Below are positions 25,006 to 33,896 of a stretch of 64,000 nucleotides of DNA, one piece after another (the first letter of the stretch is position 1; each line of letters starts with the position of its first letter). The position numbers and the translations under genes are program-made. This stretch comes from Candidatus Sulfopaludibacter sp. SbA3. GTDB lineage: Bacteria > Acidobacteriota > Vicinamibacteria > Vicinamibacterales > UBA2999. Below the pieces are notes generated by a model. It had not been told where the DNA came from. It made no database searches and saw only the letters and a list, made by a program, of their open reading frames with translations. The stretch covers positions 14,096 through 78,095 of the forward strand of contig CAMDNQ010000013.1 in NCBI GenBank assembly GCA_945903265.1. Reading direction: 5' to 3'.

Positions 25006-26466
25006 CTAGGTCCCGCAGAACGTGCGGTAGCGTCCTCCGCCCGAAGCCGGCGCGCTGAACGCCGGCAGATCGCGGTGGTGATCATACGGAGTGGCCAGGA
25101 CTTCGAGCAGTCGATTCATCACTGACACATCACCCCGGCTCGTCGCGGCGAGAAGCGCGTTCTCTACGTTGTGATTGCGCGGAATGACCGCGGGGTTGTG
25201 CTGCTGCATCAGCACACTCACCTCGCCAGCAGACTGCGACTGGCGACTGCGGCGCGCCTTCAGGCGGAACTGCCAGGTTTCCAGGTCAGCGTCGCGATTC
25301 GCGGCATCCTCGACGAGACGCCCGCTGGTGAGCGACCGGAAGGTATTCGTGAAATCAGCGGATCGCCGGTGCATCCACGCGAGCAGGTCGCCAACAAGCG
25401 CCGCGTCATCGGGCTCCGGTGCGAACAGTCCCAGCTTGCCACGAATCCCATCGAGCCAGTGGCGCTGGAAGAGATCGGGAAATCGATCGAGCGCCGCCGT
25501 GGCCTGCTCCACCGCGCGGTCGGCATCCGGGTCGAACAGCGGCAGCATCGCCTCCGCAAGCCGTGCGAGATTCCACTGCGCGATGGTTGGCTGGTTGCCG
25601 TAGGCGTACCGCGCACCCGCGTCGATGGAGCTGAACACCGTGGCGGGATCGTACGCGTCCATGAAGGCGCAGGGGCCGTAGTCGATCGTTTCGCCCGAGA
25701 GCGCCATGTTGTCGGTGTTCATGACGCCATGGACAAAGCCCACCAGTTGCCAGCGCGCAATAAGGGACGCCTGGCGTGCAAGGATCGCCTCGAACAACGC
25801 CACATACGGAGCGGGCGACTCGACGAGATCCGGATAGTGGCGTTGCAGGGTGTAGTCAGCCAGCGCGCGCGTGGCGCTCTCGCCTCCGTGCGCCGCTGCC
25901 CACTGCATGGTGCCCACGCGGATATGGCTGGCGGCGACCCGCGTGAGTACCGCCCCCTGCAGCACCGTCTCGCGATAGACCGGTTCACCCGTCGTCACGA
26001 CCGCCAGGCTCCGCGTGGTCGGAATACCGAGCGCGTGCATCGCCTCGCTGATGATGTACTCGCGCAGCATGGGGCCGAGCGCGGCGCGACCGTCACCGCG
26101 CCGCGAAAACCGGGTCGGACCTGCGCCCTTCAGTTGAACATCGAAGCGTTCGCCCGACGGGGTGATCTGCTCGCCGATCAGAATCGCCCGGCCATCGCCA
26201 AGGGACGTGAAGTGGCCGAACTGATGACCAGCATACGCCTGGGCTATTGGCCGGCTGGCTTCGGGCAGAGCGTTGCCGGCAAGAACGCCGGCAAGAGTCT
26301 CCAGGCCGGGGCGCTCCAGCGCCTGCGGATCGAGCCCAAGCGTCGCCGCAAGGGGTCGGTTGAACGCGATCAGGTGCGGTTCGCGAACTGCCACCGGCGT
26401 GGCAGGCGAGTGGAAGAGCTCCGGAAGCCGCTCCGCGTACGTGTGCTCGAGGTGCCAGCCGGCCAT
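25006..26466 (-). CDS. selO: protein adenylyltransferase SelO (YdiU/UPF0061 family)
   Basis: The protein is 486 aa and contains GDGRA, HGVMNTDNM and other SelO-family blocks. Confidence 0.92.
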   Translation of the reverse strand: MAGWHLEHTYAERLPELFHSPATPVAVREPHLIAFNRPLAATLGLDPQALERPGLETLAGVLAGNALPEASRPIAQAYAGHQFGHFTSLGDGRAILIGEQITPSGERFDVQLKGAGPTRFSRRGDGRAALGPMLREYIISEAMHALGIPTTRSLAVVTTGEPVYRETVLQGAVLTRVAASHIRVGTMQWAAAHGGESATRALADYTLQRHYPDLVESPAPYVALFEAILARQASLIARWQLVGFVHGVMNTDNMALSGETIDYGPCAFMDAYDPATVFSSIDAGARYAYGNQPTIAQWNLARLAEAMLPLFDPDADRAVEQATAALDRFPDLFQRHWLDGIRGKLGLFAPEPDDAALVGDLLAWMHRRSADFTNTFRSLTSGRLVEDAANRDADLETWQFRLKARRSRQSQSAGEVSVLMQQHNPAVIPRNHNVENALLAATSRGDVSVMNRLLEVLATPYDHHRDLPAFSAPASGGGRYRTFCGT

Positions 26467-26595
26467 TCGATCATCATAGTTGCGCGCGAGCGGATGCCCG
26501 CCGAGGAGTCATGGTTGAATCGGGGATCCGCCAAGGGTTAGAACTCGACGTGGGTTTGCGCGAGAACCGCTGCGAATTCGCGCGGCGAGGGACCT

Positions 26596-26625
26596 CACTA
26601 CTTCTTCACTTCTTCATTTCTTCCC
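26596..26625. repeat. 7-nt-period CTTCTTC-type repeat (GAAGAAG on the transcribed strand)
   Basis: The sequence is cactac ttcttcac ttcttca tttcttc cc. It straddles the stop codon of the zinc-ribbon gene. Confidence 0.5.
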
Positions 26626-26793
26626 TGGTGTCGTTTTGCGCCGGCGGTCTGCCCATACGGCATCACAATCGGTGCATCGCCACGCCACCGATTTGGCCGT
26701 CCCTTTCAACGTGACTTCGCGCTTGATCGTCCCCCCGCCGCATTCTCGGCAGCGCGCGTCTCGACGGGCCTGAATCTGTCTTCGCTTCGCCAT
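26614..26793 (-). CDS. small zinc-ribbon protein (59 aa), homologous to the C-terminus of the 7134-7679 protein
   Basis: There is an internal ATG at 26793. The protein reads MAKRRQIQARRDARCRECGGG...AWRCTDCDAVWADRRRK, a CxxC-x21-CxxC-xxVW pattern. Confidence 0.6.
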   Translation of the reverse strand: MAKRRQIQARRDARCRECGGGTIKREVTLKGTAKSVAWRCTDCDAVWADRRRKTTPGKK

Positions 26794-26815
26794 GGGGTCC
26801 AGGCTGGGTGCGGGC

Positions 26816-27007
26816 CTATGGCGATTGGTCGTTATCAGGCGGTTCGTGAGAGCCGCTCCGAAACAGGGGACTCTCAGGGTAGTACGCACGTCGTGCCATA
26901 GACCGGCGGACGTGGTCGCGAACGTCTTCGGCCTCCCGGCACGTTTCGTCGACGCGGTCTAGCAACCGTTCGAGTGCCTGGATCCGCTCCGCTTCTTCGT
27001 CCAACAT
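26816..27007 (-). CDS. small hypothetical protein (63 aa)
   Basis: It has a helical acidic N-terminus (MLDEEAERIQALERLLDRVDETCREAEDVRDH). It ends 22 nt upstream of the zinc-ribbon gene on the same strand. Confidence 0.4.
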   Translation of the reverse strand: MLDEEAERIQALERLLDRVDETCREAEDVRDHVRRSMARRAYYPESPLFRSGSHEPPDNDQSP

Positions 27008-27088
27008 CGCACCTCAAGCGATAGCAATTTGTCTGCCGAGCTACCGCTCAGCTTTCGGGATGGAACGAATTGTCTTAGACTTCCGTTT

Positions 27089-27472
27089 GTGCTCCCCCAT
27101 TCGAAATCGTTAGTAATTCTTCTTGTTGAAGACGACGCCAGCCTGCGGGAACTCTATAGAACCGCCCTGACTGCCGAGGGATATGCGGTTGTGGCCGTTG
27201 AGGACGGGGTCGACGCCCTTCGCGTGATCGATGGAGCAACAATTCCCGCGGCCGTCGTCCTCGACCTGGGCCTGCCCAGGCTTCCAGGACGTGACGTGTA
27301 TCAAGAATTGAGGGCGCGCGCTGACACGAGCGTGATTCCGATCGTGGTCGTCACCGGTGGCGACACGCGCGACCTGAACCGCGCGGAGTTTGCGTGCGTT
27401 CTGGAGAAGCCGATCTCCATGGAGGCGCTGGTCCAGGCCGTTCGGCGATGCATCGCAGCCCGCGTGGTCTAA
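27089..27472 (+). CDS. single-domain response regulator (receiver only)
   Basis: It has canonical receiver residues: LLVEDD, VVLDLGLP, VVVTG and EKP. I prefer the GTG at 27089 over the track start at 27029, which would leave only 21 nt to the divergent gene. Confidence 0.85.
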   Translation: MLPHSKSLVILLVEDDASLRELYRTALTAEGYAVVAVEDGVDALRVIDGATIPAAVVLDLGLPRLPGRDVYQELRARADTSVIPIVVVTGGDTRDLNRAEFACVLEKPISMEALVQAVRRCIAARVV

Positions 27473-27511
27473 TCGTTCGGCGTTGACAATCGAAACGATG
27501 CGCCTAATCCG

Positions 27512-28078
27512 GTGAGCGACGCCGTACCGCTCCAGCAGAAAAACTACATCACGCCGAGCGGCTTCCAGCGGCTCCTCGATGAGCGGCGGTTTCTGCTCAC
27601 CAGGGAACGGCGTGCAGTGACTGCCGTCGTCGCCTGGGCGGCGAGCAACGGCGATCGCAGCGAGAACGCCGACTACAAGTACGGCAAGCAGCGGCTGCGC
27701 CAGATCGACCGGCGGATTCGTTTTCTCACCAAACGCATCGATGCCGCGGACGTGGTGGACCCGGAAGCGCCAAGAAGCGGGCGCGCGGCGACGCAGGTCT
27801 TCTTTGGCGCGACGGTGCGTTACGCTAACGCCGCCGGATCAGAACGCCTCGTCTGCATCGTCGGTCTCGACGAGGTCGATACAGATCGCAACTACATCAG
27901 CTGGCGATCGCCGCTGGCGCGCGCGTTGATGAAGTCCGGGCCTGGCGATTCCGTGGTTCTGCGTGCGCCCGGCACGACGGAGCGGCTGGAGATCCTCGAG
28001 GTGCGATATGCACGCATCCCCGTGGAGCCGTTCAGCGAGCCGCCAGGGGCCGAGTCCGCGGCGAAGGCTGTCCTATGA
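27512..28078 (+). CDS. greB: transcription elongation factor GreB (GreA/GreB family)
   Basis: It has an N-terminal coiled-coil with GDRSENADYKYGK and a C-terminal Gre FKBP-like domain. The protein is 188 aa. Confidence 0.88.
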   Translation: MSDAVPLQQKNYITPSGFQRLLDERRFLLTRERRAVTAVVAWAASNGDRSENADYKYGKQRLRQIDRRIRFLTKRIDAADVVDPEAPRSGRAATQVFFGATVRYANAAGSERLVCIVGLDEVDTDRNYISWRSPLARALMKSGPGDSVVLRAPGTTERLEILEVRYARIPVEPFSEPPGAESAAKAVL

Positions 28079-28713
28079 AAACTGCTGTGAAAGTCGCTGT
28101 CGGAATGGTGGTGCTCGCGATCGTCGCCGTGCTGTTCATCCGCTCCGTCCGGAGCACGCGCGCGGAACCGTTCGACGTTCCACGTGCGAGCCTGACCGGA
28201 TGGATGCTCGTGACGCAGCCGTCCGGCGATCCGCTGCGCGCATGGCTGGCCGTGAGCCCCGCGACGCCGCTCGCGGCATCGCTCGGTCGCGAGATCTTCG
28301 CGCGCGGCGGCGAGTCCGTGAATTACCCCACGCCGGCGCTCGTGCCGCTGGTGCTGCAGAGCGAATTCGATCGGGCGTTTGCCGGCGCGGTCGCGCCGGA
28401 GACCATCCTGAGCCTCGCGCGAGCGGCTGGGTTCGAGTCGATGGAGTGGCAGCCGCGCTGCCTGGGCTACCGGCGGGTCAGTGAGCCGGGGCTGACGAGA
28501 GGTCTGTACTTCCTGCTGTTTGAAGCGACCACGTTCGATCGCTTCCGCGAGCAGCTTGCAGGGTTACTGCAAGGGTCAGCGCGGACCCTGTTCGATCCGG
28601 TCGCCTTGTCGCCGGTGCTGGTCGTCGCCGGACTCGACGGGGACTTCGGCCGCTGGATGCCCCTGCGAGCGAATCCGGACGTCGACTGTCTCGCGCCCGT
28701 CGACCTCACATGA
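28075..28713 (+). CDS. membrane-anchored hypothetical protein
   Basis: The ATG overlaps the greB stop (ATGA). It has one N-terminal TM helix (VAVGMVVLAIVAVLFI) and no known motif. Confidence 0.6.
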   Translation: MKTAVKVAVGMVVLAIVAVLFIRSVRSTRAEPFDVPRASLTGWMLVTQPSGDPLRAWLAVSPATPLAASLGREIFARGGESVNYPTPALVPLVLQSEFDRAFAGAVAPETILSLARAAGFESMEWQPRCLGYRRVSEPGLTRGLYFLLFEATTFDRFREQLAGLLQGSARTLFDPVALSPVLVVAGLDGDFGRWMPLRANPDVDCLAPVDLT

Positions 28714-28723
28714 CACGACTGCG

Positions 28724-29308
28724 CTAGAAGCGCCACGCAAGGCCCACGCGGACGGGCAGCATCGCGAGGACGCCGTCGTTGCCTTCCATCGCCAGAAGGC
28801 CCCGCACATCGCCCAGCAGGCTGAGTCCCTGCCGCAGGGGCACGCGCAGCCCGCCACCGACGTACACGACGCGAAGATCGTTTCTGACCGGGTCTGGAAA
28901 ATGGGCATTGACGTTGGGCCGCGAGACCCCGCCGCCCACGCCCGCCAGCACGAACGGCGACACCCGGTCCGCCGGCCGCAGTGCGAGGCGCAGCTCGCCG
29001 CTGACGAATGTCAGCGTCCCCCCGCGGGTGACGCTGGAGCCGCCGGGGAAGCGCTCCTGCTGAAACGGTAAATGAATCCGCTCCGCCATGACGAGCAGCT
29101 CCAGCCAGGACAGCGGCGAGTACCCCACGCCCGCCGACAGGACGTTCCCTTCATCGATCAACGTGAGGCCGGCCGCGGCCTGCAGACTCAGTCGCTCCGA
29201 TGCCGCCGACGTCTGGCCGGTGGCGGACGTGGGCATCAGCACACACAGCAGTGACACCGCGGTAACCATCGCCCGGAAACATGCGACGCGAGACACGACG
29301 CTTCCCAT
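28724..29308 (-). CDS. outer-membrane beta-barrel protein (small porin-like)
   Basis: I trimmed the ORF to the signal-peptide region (MGSVVSRVACFRAMVTAVSLLCVLMPTSATGQ). It shows alternating beta-strand hydrophobicity and ends ...VGLAWRF with a terminal Phe. Confidence 0.65.
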   Translation of the reverse strand: MGSVVSRVACFRAMVTAVSLLCVLMPTSATGQTSAASERLSLQAAAGLTLIDEGNVLSAGVGYSPLSWLELLVMAERIHLPFQQERFPGGSSVTRGGTLTFVSGELRLALRPADRVSPFVLAGVGGGVSRPNVNAHFPDPVRNDLRVVYVGGGLRVPLRQGLSLLGDVRGLLAMEGNDGVLAMLPVRVGLAWRF

Positions 29309-29348
29309 ACTTAGCATTCTGACCCTGCTACTATTCGGGCGCGAGCCC

Positions 29349-30230
29349 ATGAGCAAAAAATCAAAGACACGGCGGCAGTCGAAGACCGTCTCGGAAACAC
29401 ACGCACTCCGGTCGGGGCCCAACTGGCCGCTGCTGGTCGTGAGCGCCCTGGGCATCGCGCTCACGGGATATCTGTCGTGGACGGCATTCAGCGGCGGCCC
29501 CGTGCAGGGATGCGCCGCCGGCGGGGGATGCGACACGGTCCTCACGAGCCGCTGGGCGACCCTTCTCGGACTGCCGACGGCGCTTTGGGGGCTGATGGCG
29601 TACCTCGCGCTCGCGGCCATCGCGTTCATCCGCCGGGAAGACCGGCACTGGTCGTATGCCTGGACGGCGGCGTTGTTCGGCGTCTGCTACAGCGTCTACC
29701 TGACCGTGGTGTCGCTCACGATTCTCGGCTCCGCCTGTCCGTACTGTCTGACGTCGCTCGCGCTGATGACCGCGGCGCTGGCGCTCGTGGCCGTGCAGCG
29801 TCCTCCCGCGATGGCGCGCCGTTCATGGGCGGGGCTCGTCGCCGGTCGAGGCGTGCTGGCGGCGCTGGTGATTTTTCTTCTGCACGCCAATTACGTCGCG
29901 CCTCAACCCGAACCCACGGGGCCGGAGGATCCGGCGATCCGCGCGCTGGCGGAGCACCTCGCCGACGAAGGCGTCCTGTTCTACGGCGCGTCGTGGTGTC
30001 CGCACTGTCAGGAGCAGAAGCGGCTCTTCGGGGCGTCGGCAGATCGCCTTCCGTACATCGAATGCAGCCCCGCTGGACCGAATACGCCGCAGGCGCCCTC
30101 GTGCACCAGCGCCGGCGTCCAGACGTATCCCACGTGGATCATCAACGGGCGGGCGACGGTCGGAGAAGTGTTGAGCCTGGCGCAGCTGGCCGACGCATCA
30201 GCGTTTCCAGGGGCCGCCAGCATCAAGTAG
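29349..30230 (+). CDS. vitamin K epoxide reductase (VKOR) family protein fused to thioredoxin-like domain
   Basis: I trimmed the start to MSKKSKTRRQ. The N-terminal TM half has loop cysteines GCAAGGGC and the TM motif CPYC. The C-terminal domain has WCPHC. Confidence 0.85.
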   Translation: MSKKSKTRRQSKTVSETHALRSGPNWPLLVVSALGIALTGYLSWTAFSGGPVQGCAAGGGCDTVLTSRWATLLGLPTALWGLMAYLALAAIAFIRREDRHWSYAWTAALFGVCYSVYLTVVSLTILGSACPYCLTSLALMTAALALVAVQRPPAMARRSWAGLVAGRGVLAALVIFLLHANYVAPQPEPTGPEDPAIRALAEHLADEGVLFYGASWCPHCQEQKRLFGASADRLPYIECSPAGPNTPQAPSCTSAGVQTYPTWIINGRATVGEVLSLAQLADASAFPGAASIK

Positions 30231-30240
30231 CGGCATTACA

Positions 30241-30684
30241 ATGGCTTCAATGCTTCGCGTACTGATCGCAAGTCTTGCGCTGCTGGCCGCGTCCTGCGGC
30301 GGCGGAAATTCGTCGCCCACGTCGGCCACGCCGCAGCCGCGCGGCGAGTTCGCCCAGACCGACGTGCGTGTCGGGACCGGCGCCGATGCGACGCCGTCGC
30401 GGCGGCTCTCGGTGCACTACACGGGCTGGCTGTACGATCCGACGCGTCCGGAACAGAAGGGCGCGCAGTTCGAGACGTCGGTGGGGCGTGCCCCGTTTGC
30501 GTTCACGCTGGGGATCGGTCAGGTCATCCGTGGCTGGGATCAGGGCGTCACCGGCATGAAGGTCGGCGGCCTGCGCCGTCTTGTGCTGCCTCCGGAGCTG
30601 GCCTACGGCGCGGGCGGCTCGCCCCCCGTCATTCCTCCGAACGCGACGCTGGTCTTCGAAATCGAGCTGCTCGACGTCCAGTAA
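30241..30684 (+). CDS. FKBP-type peptidyl-prolyl cis-trans isomerase, lipoprotein
   Basis: It has the lipobox LLAASCG and the FKBP blocks VIRGWDQGVTGMKVGG and TLVFEIELLDV. Confidence 0.9.
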   Translation: MASMLRVLIASLALLAASCGGGNSSPTSATPQPRGEFAQTDVRVGTGADATPSRRLSVHYTGWLYDPTRPEQKGAQFETSVGRAPFAFTLGIGQVIRGWDQGVTGMKVGGLRRLVLPPELAYGAGGSPPVIPPNATLVFEIELLDVQ

Positions 30685-30792
30685 TCCGCCCCCGAAAACC
30701 CGACCAACTCAGCCGAAAACCGGGTATCCTTTCCACCGCCGAGGGGCCTGACGGGAAAAACGCGTCACCCTTCGGATGTGGGAGAGAGTGAC

Positions 30793-33700
30793 ATGAAGAA
30801 AGTATTGACCGTCGTCGCCGCGTTGTTGATCCTGCTTCCGGCTCTGGCCGCCGCACAGGGACGTGTGGAAGGGACCATCTCCGGAACCGTTACCGATGAA
30901 ACGAAGGGCGTGCTGCCCGGCGTCACGGTGACTGCCAATAATCCGCAGACCGGATTCACGCGCGAAGCGATTACCGACGCGGAGGGCACGTTCCTCCTGC
31001 CGCTGCTGCCCCCAGCCCAGTACGAGGTCGTCGCCGCGCTGCCCGGGTTCAGCACGTTCCGGCAGATGGTGAATATCGCCGTCGGTTCGGAAACGCGGCT
31101 GGCCATCGGCCTGAGCGTGGCCACCCTGCAGGAATCGATCACCGTCACGGGTGAGGCGCCGCTCGTCGAGGTCACCAAGACCGAGCAGGGCTCGTCGCTC
31201 AACTCGAACGAGATGATGAACCTGCCGACGACGAGCCGCAGCTACCTCGCGCTGGCGCAGCTCAGCCCGGGCGTCGTCAGCCAGGGCGGCGGCTTCTCCG
31301 CATCGGGGAGCCGCAACACGCAGAACAACTTCAACGTCGACGGCATGTCGAACAAGAACCTGAACGGCGGCGGCGACTTCGGCCGCGTCAGCCCCGAGGG
31401 CATTCAGGAGTTCAACGTCGTCACGCAGAGCTATCCGGCCGAGTACGGCGGCGCCACGGGCGGCGTCACCAACGCGGTGTCGAAGTCGGGCACCAACAAC
31501 CTGACCGGCTACGGTTTCTGGTACCAGCGCCACAACGCGTTCGACAAGCCGCCGTTCAACACGCGGGCGGCCGCGGACGGCACGGTCGAGGCGTTCCCGG
31601 TGGCCGCGGCGAACTTCACACGCCGGTACGTGCGCGGTGTGACCGTGGGCGGCCCGATCATCCGTGACAAGGCGTTCTTCTTCGGCGTGGTCGACGTGAC
31701 AAACAGCCACGTGAAGCGGCTGCGCACGCTGCAGAACAACACGATCAACGTGATGAAGACGTTCCTGCCGGATCTGCCCGACGTTGTCGGCCAGGACGCA
31801 ACCGACTTCAAGAACTGGGACGCCACGTCGAACGGGAAGTTCGACTACAACCTGTCGTCCACGAACACACTGTCGTTCACGGGCAGCCTCTTCAAGAGCT
31901 ACAACCCGGCGGGGTCGGTGAACGGCCGCAGTTCGCTGTACTCGACGACCGAGCAGCGCCAGACGACGAAGCGCGCCGGCGGCGGATTGAACTCGGTGCT
32001 GTCCGACCGCACGCTGAACACGTTCCGCGCGCAGTATTTCCGGAATGACTCGAACACCAAGTACCCGAACCGCGGTGGATTCGAGAACGTGGGCAACTGG
32101 CAGCCGGGTATCGTCATTGCCGGTGCCACGGGCGGCAACTTCGGGCTTGGCGAGCTGGGCACGATGCCGCATGCGAACCAGTGGGAGACGCACATCGAGT
32201 TCCAGGACGTGGCGACGCTCTATCGCAACAACCATCAGTTCAAGATGGGCGTCAACTTCATGTGGGTGGACATCCTGCAGTACTCGCACTACTACGGCCT
32301 CGGCGAGTGGCGCTTCAGCGACCTGAACGCGGTGATCGCGGGCCGGCCGTCAGGGTTCGTCCAGAGCTTCGGCTCGACGGGCGCCTACATCGTGTCGAAG
32401 CACGTCAGCGGCTTCGTGCAGGATGAATGGCAGCCGTTCAGCAAGCTGACCGTGAACTACGGCGTGCGCTATGACGTGATCGTCCTGCCGGGGGATCTGT
32501 CGAGCGTCGAGCTGCCGCAGCCGGCGTTCAACCAGGCGACGGGGCAGTTCGACACCAAGACGGTCAGCAACAGCCGCATGCGCGGGTTCCAGAACGACAC
32601 CAACAACTTCCAGCCGCGGGTTGGATTCGCCTATGCGCTGAATGACAAGACGCTCATTCGCGGCGGCGGAGGCCTGTTCTACGGCGCCGCGCATTACGGC
32701 GAGATGGCGCAGGGCTTTGCCAACAGCATCGATGGCTACGCGCGCTACGACTTCCCGTCGGTGGAAGCCGCGGCGATCTGGTCCGGCCTGCGGGATCCGG
32801 CCAGCCCGCTCTACAACGGCGGCCGTCTCCGTCTCGCCCAGTCGTACCGCCGCACGCTCGAGGCGCAGCCCGGGCGCACGTTCAGCCAGTTCTTTCATCC
32901 CAGCGACTTCGAGGTGCCGAGGTCGATGCAGGCGACCTTCGGCGTCGAGCGCCAGCTGAATACGTGGCTGTCGGCGTCGGGCACGTTCCTCTGGAACCGG
33001 GGCGATGGCGACTACCGCTCGCAGAACATCAACCCGCCGGCGGCGCAGTTCTTCCCGGCTGGTGCGACGCTGCCGAGCGGCGTCATTACGCCGTTCGACG
33101 TGAACTACCGCCCGGAGAACGGTGTGCGGCCGGACCCGAGCCTGGCGAACCTCTACACCTATACGATGGTGACGCGCACGCGGTACAAGGGCGGGTCGGT
33201 CGGGCTGAATGCCCGTCGCGGCGGCCTGCAGCTGCGCGGCGCGTACACCTACAGTGACTCGTGGGATGACGGCTCGGACGTCTCGACGCGGCTGCTGCCA
33301 TCGGACTCCGACTGCGTGCCGTGCGAGTACGCAAAGTCGATCCTGAGCACGACGCACCACTTCCGTGGGGCAGTGGTGTACCAGCTGCCACAGTCGCTGC
33401 CGTTCTACGCGCGCAACTGGCAGGTGTCGGCCATCCAGGCGGCGCAGAGCGGCGCGCCAATCCTCACGATCGCGTCGTTCGACTTCAATAACGACAACGT
33501 CGTGACGGACCGCCCGTTCGGCGTGCCGCGCACGGCACTCGTCGGCGAGGCGCGGTACACGACGGACCTCCGCATCGCTCGATTCTTCCCGCTCCGGTCG
33601 GACCTGCGGGTGGAGATGTTCTTCGAGATGTTCAACGTGTTCAACGCGGCGAACTTCACCGGCTACGACGCCAACCTGTATCGCCTGCAGGCCGGACGCT

Positions 33701-33876
33701 ACGTGCCGTATGCCGACTTCGCGGCGTATCACAACGACGCGGCGAAGCTGAATACCGGGTTCAAGCAGGGACGGGACAAGATCGACCCGTCCGAGATTGG
33801 GCTCGATCCGAAGATTCGCCGCACCGGCGTCGGCGATCCGCGACAGGGCCAGATCGGATTCCGGTTCCACTTCTGA
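30793..33876 (+). CDS. TonB-dependent receptor with N-terminal CarboxypepD_reg-like domain
   Basis: The start MKKVLTVVAALLILLPALAAAQ follows GGAGAGAG. It has a CarboxypepD_reg block (GTVTDETKGVLPGVTVTA), about 1000 aa of barrel-length sequence and the C-terminal ...IGFRFHF. Confidence 0.88.
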   Translation: MKKVLTVVAALLILLPALAAAQGRVEGTISGTVTDETKGVLPGVTVTANNPQTGFTREAITDAEGTFLLPLLPPAQYEVVAALPGFSTFRQMVNIAVGSETRLAIGLSVATLQESITVTGEAPLVEVTKTEQGSSLNSNEMMNLPTTSRSYLALAQLSPGVVSQGGGFSASGSRNTQNNFNVDGMSNKNLNGGGDFGRVSPEGIQEFNVVTQSYPAEYGGATGGVTNAVSKSGTNNLTGYGFWYQRHNAFDKPPFNTRAAADGTVEAFPVAAANFTRRYVRGVTVGGPIIRDKAFFFGVVDVTNSHVKRLRTLQNNTINVMKTFLPDLPDVVGQDATDFKNWDATSNGKFDYNLSSTNTLSFTGSLFKSYNPAGSVNGRSSLYSTTEQRQTTKRAGGGLNSVLSDRTLNTFRAQYFRNDSNTKYPNRGGFENVGNWQPGIVIAGATGGNFGLGELGTMPHANQWETHIEFQDVATLYRNNHQFKMGVNFMWVDILQYSHYYGLGEWRFSDLNAVIAGRPSGFVQSFGSTGAYIVSKHVSGFVQDEWQPFSKLTVNYGVRYDVIVLPGDLSSVELPQPAFNQATGQFDTKTVSNSRMRGFQNDTNNFQPRVGFAYALNDKTLIRGGGGLFYGAAHYGEMAQGFANSIDGYARYDFPSVEAAAIWSGLRDPASPLYNGGRLRLAQSYRRTLEAQPGRTFSQFFHPSDFEVPRSMQATFGVERQLNTWLSASGTFLWNRGDGDYRSQNINPPAAQFFPAGATLPSGVITPFDVNYRPENGVRPDPSLANLYTYTMVTRTRYKGGSVGLNARRGGLQLRGAYTYSDSWDDGSDVSTRLLPSDSDCVPCEYAKSILSTTHHFRGAVVYQLPQSLPFYARNWQVSAIQAAQSGAPILTIASFDFNNDNVVTDRPFGVPRTALVGEARYTTDLRIARFFPLRSDLRVEMFFEMFNVFNAANFTGYDANLYRLQAGRYVPYADFAAYHNDAAKLNTGFKQGRDKIDPSEIGLDPKIRRTGVGDPRQGQIGFRFHF

Positions 33877-33896
33877 GGTTCGTCGCTCTCCTGCTC

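Noticed and set aside
25006-26466. SelO as a selenoprotein or recoding site.
   Set aside because: The ORF is uninterrupted with no in-frame TGA. Bacterial SelO homologs are ordinary Cys/Ser-ending proteins.
29349-30230. The VKOR-thioredoxin fusion as a novel architecture.
   Set aside because: Bacterial VKOR homologs fused to a Trx-like domain are an established DsbB-replacing system. It is annotated as a feature only.
30685-30792. A riboswitch (cobalamin or TPP) in the leader of the TonB-dependent receptor.
   Set aside because: I looked for a B12 box (GCCACTG-like) and the TPP CTGAGA / ACCTGA elements and found neither. The spacer is short and shows no obvious multi-stem structure.
30709-33870. 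Long minus-strand ORFs (526 aa and 506 aa) opposite the TonB-dependent receptor.
   Set aside because: They are antisense to a receptor gene with a signal peptide, a CarboxypepD_reg domain and a C-terminal aromatic motif. The translated sequences are low-complexity Arg/Val/Asp/His-rich. The same reasoning applies to 53018-54262(-), 58467-60077(+), 46895-48133(+), 25171-26541(+), 35783-37854(-) and 9177-11474(+).
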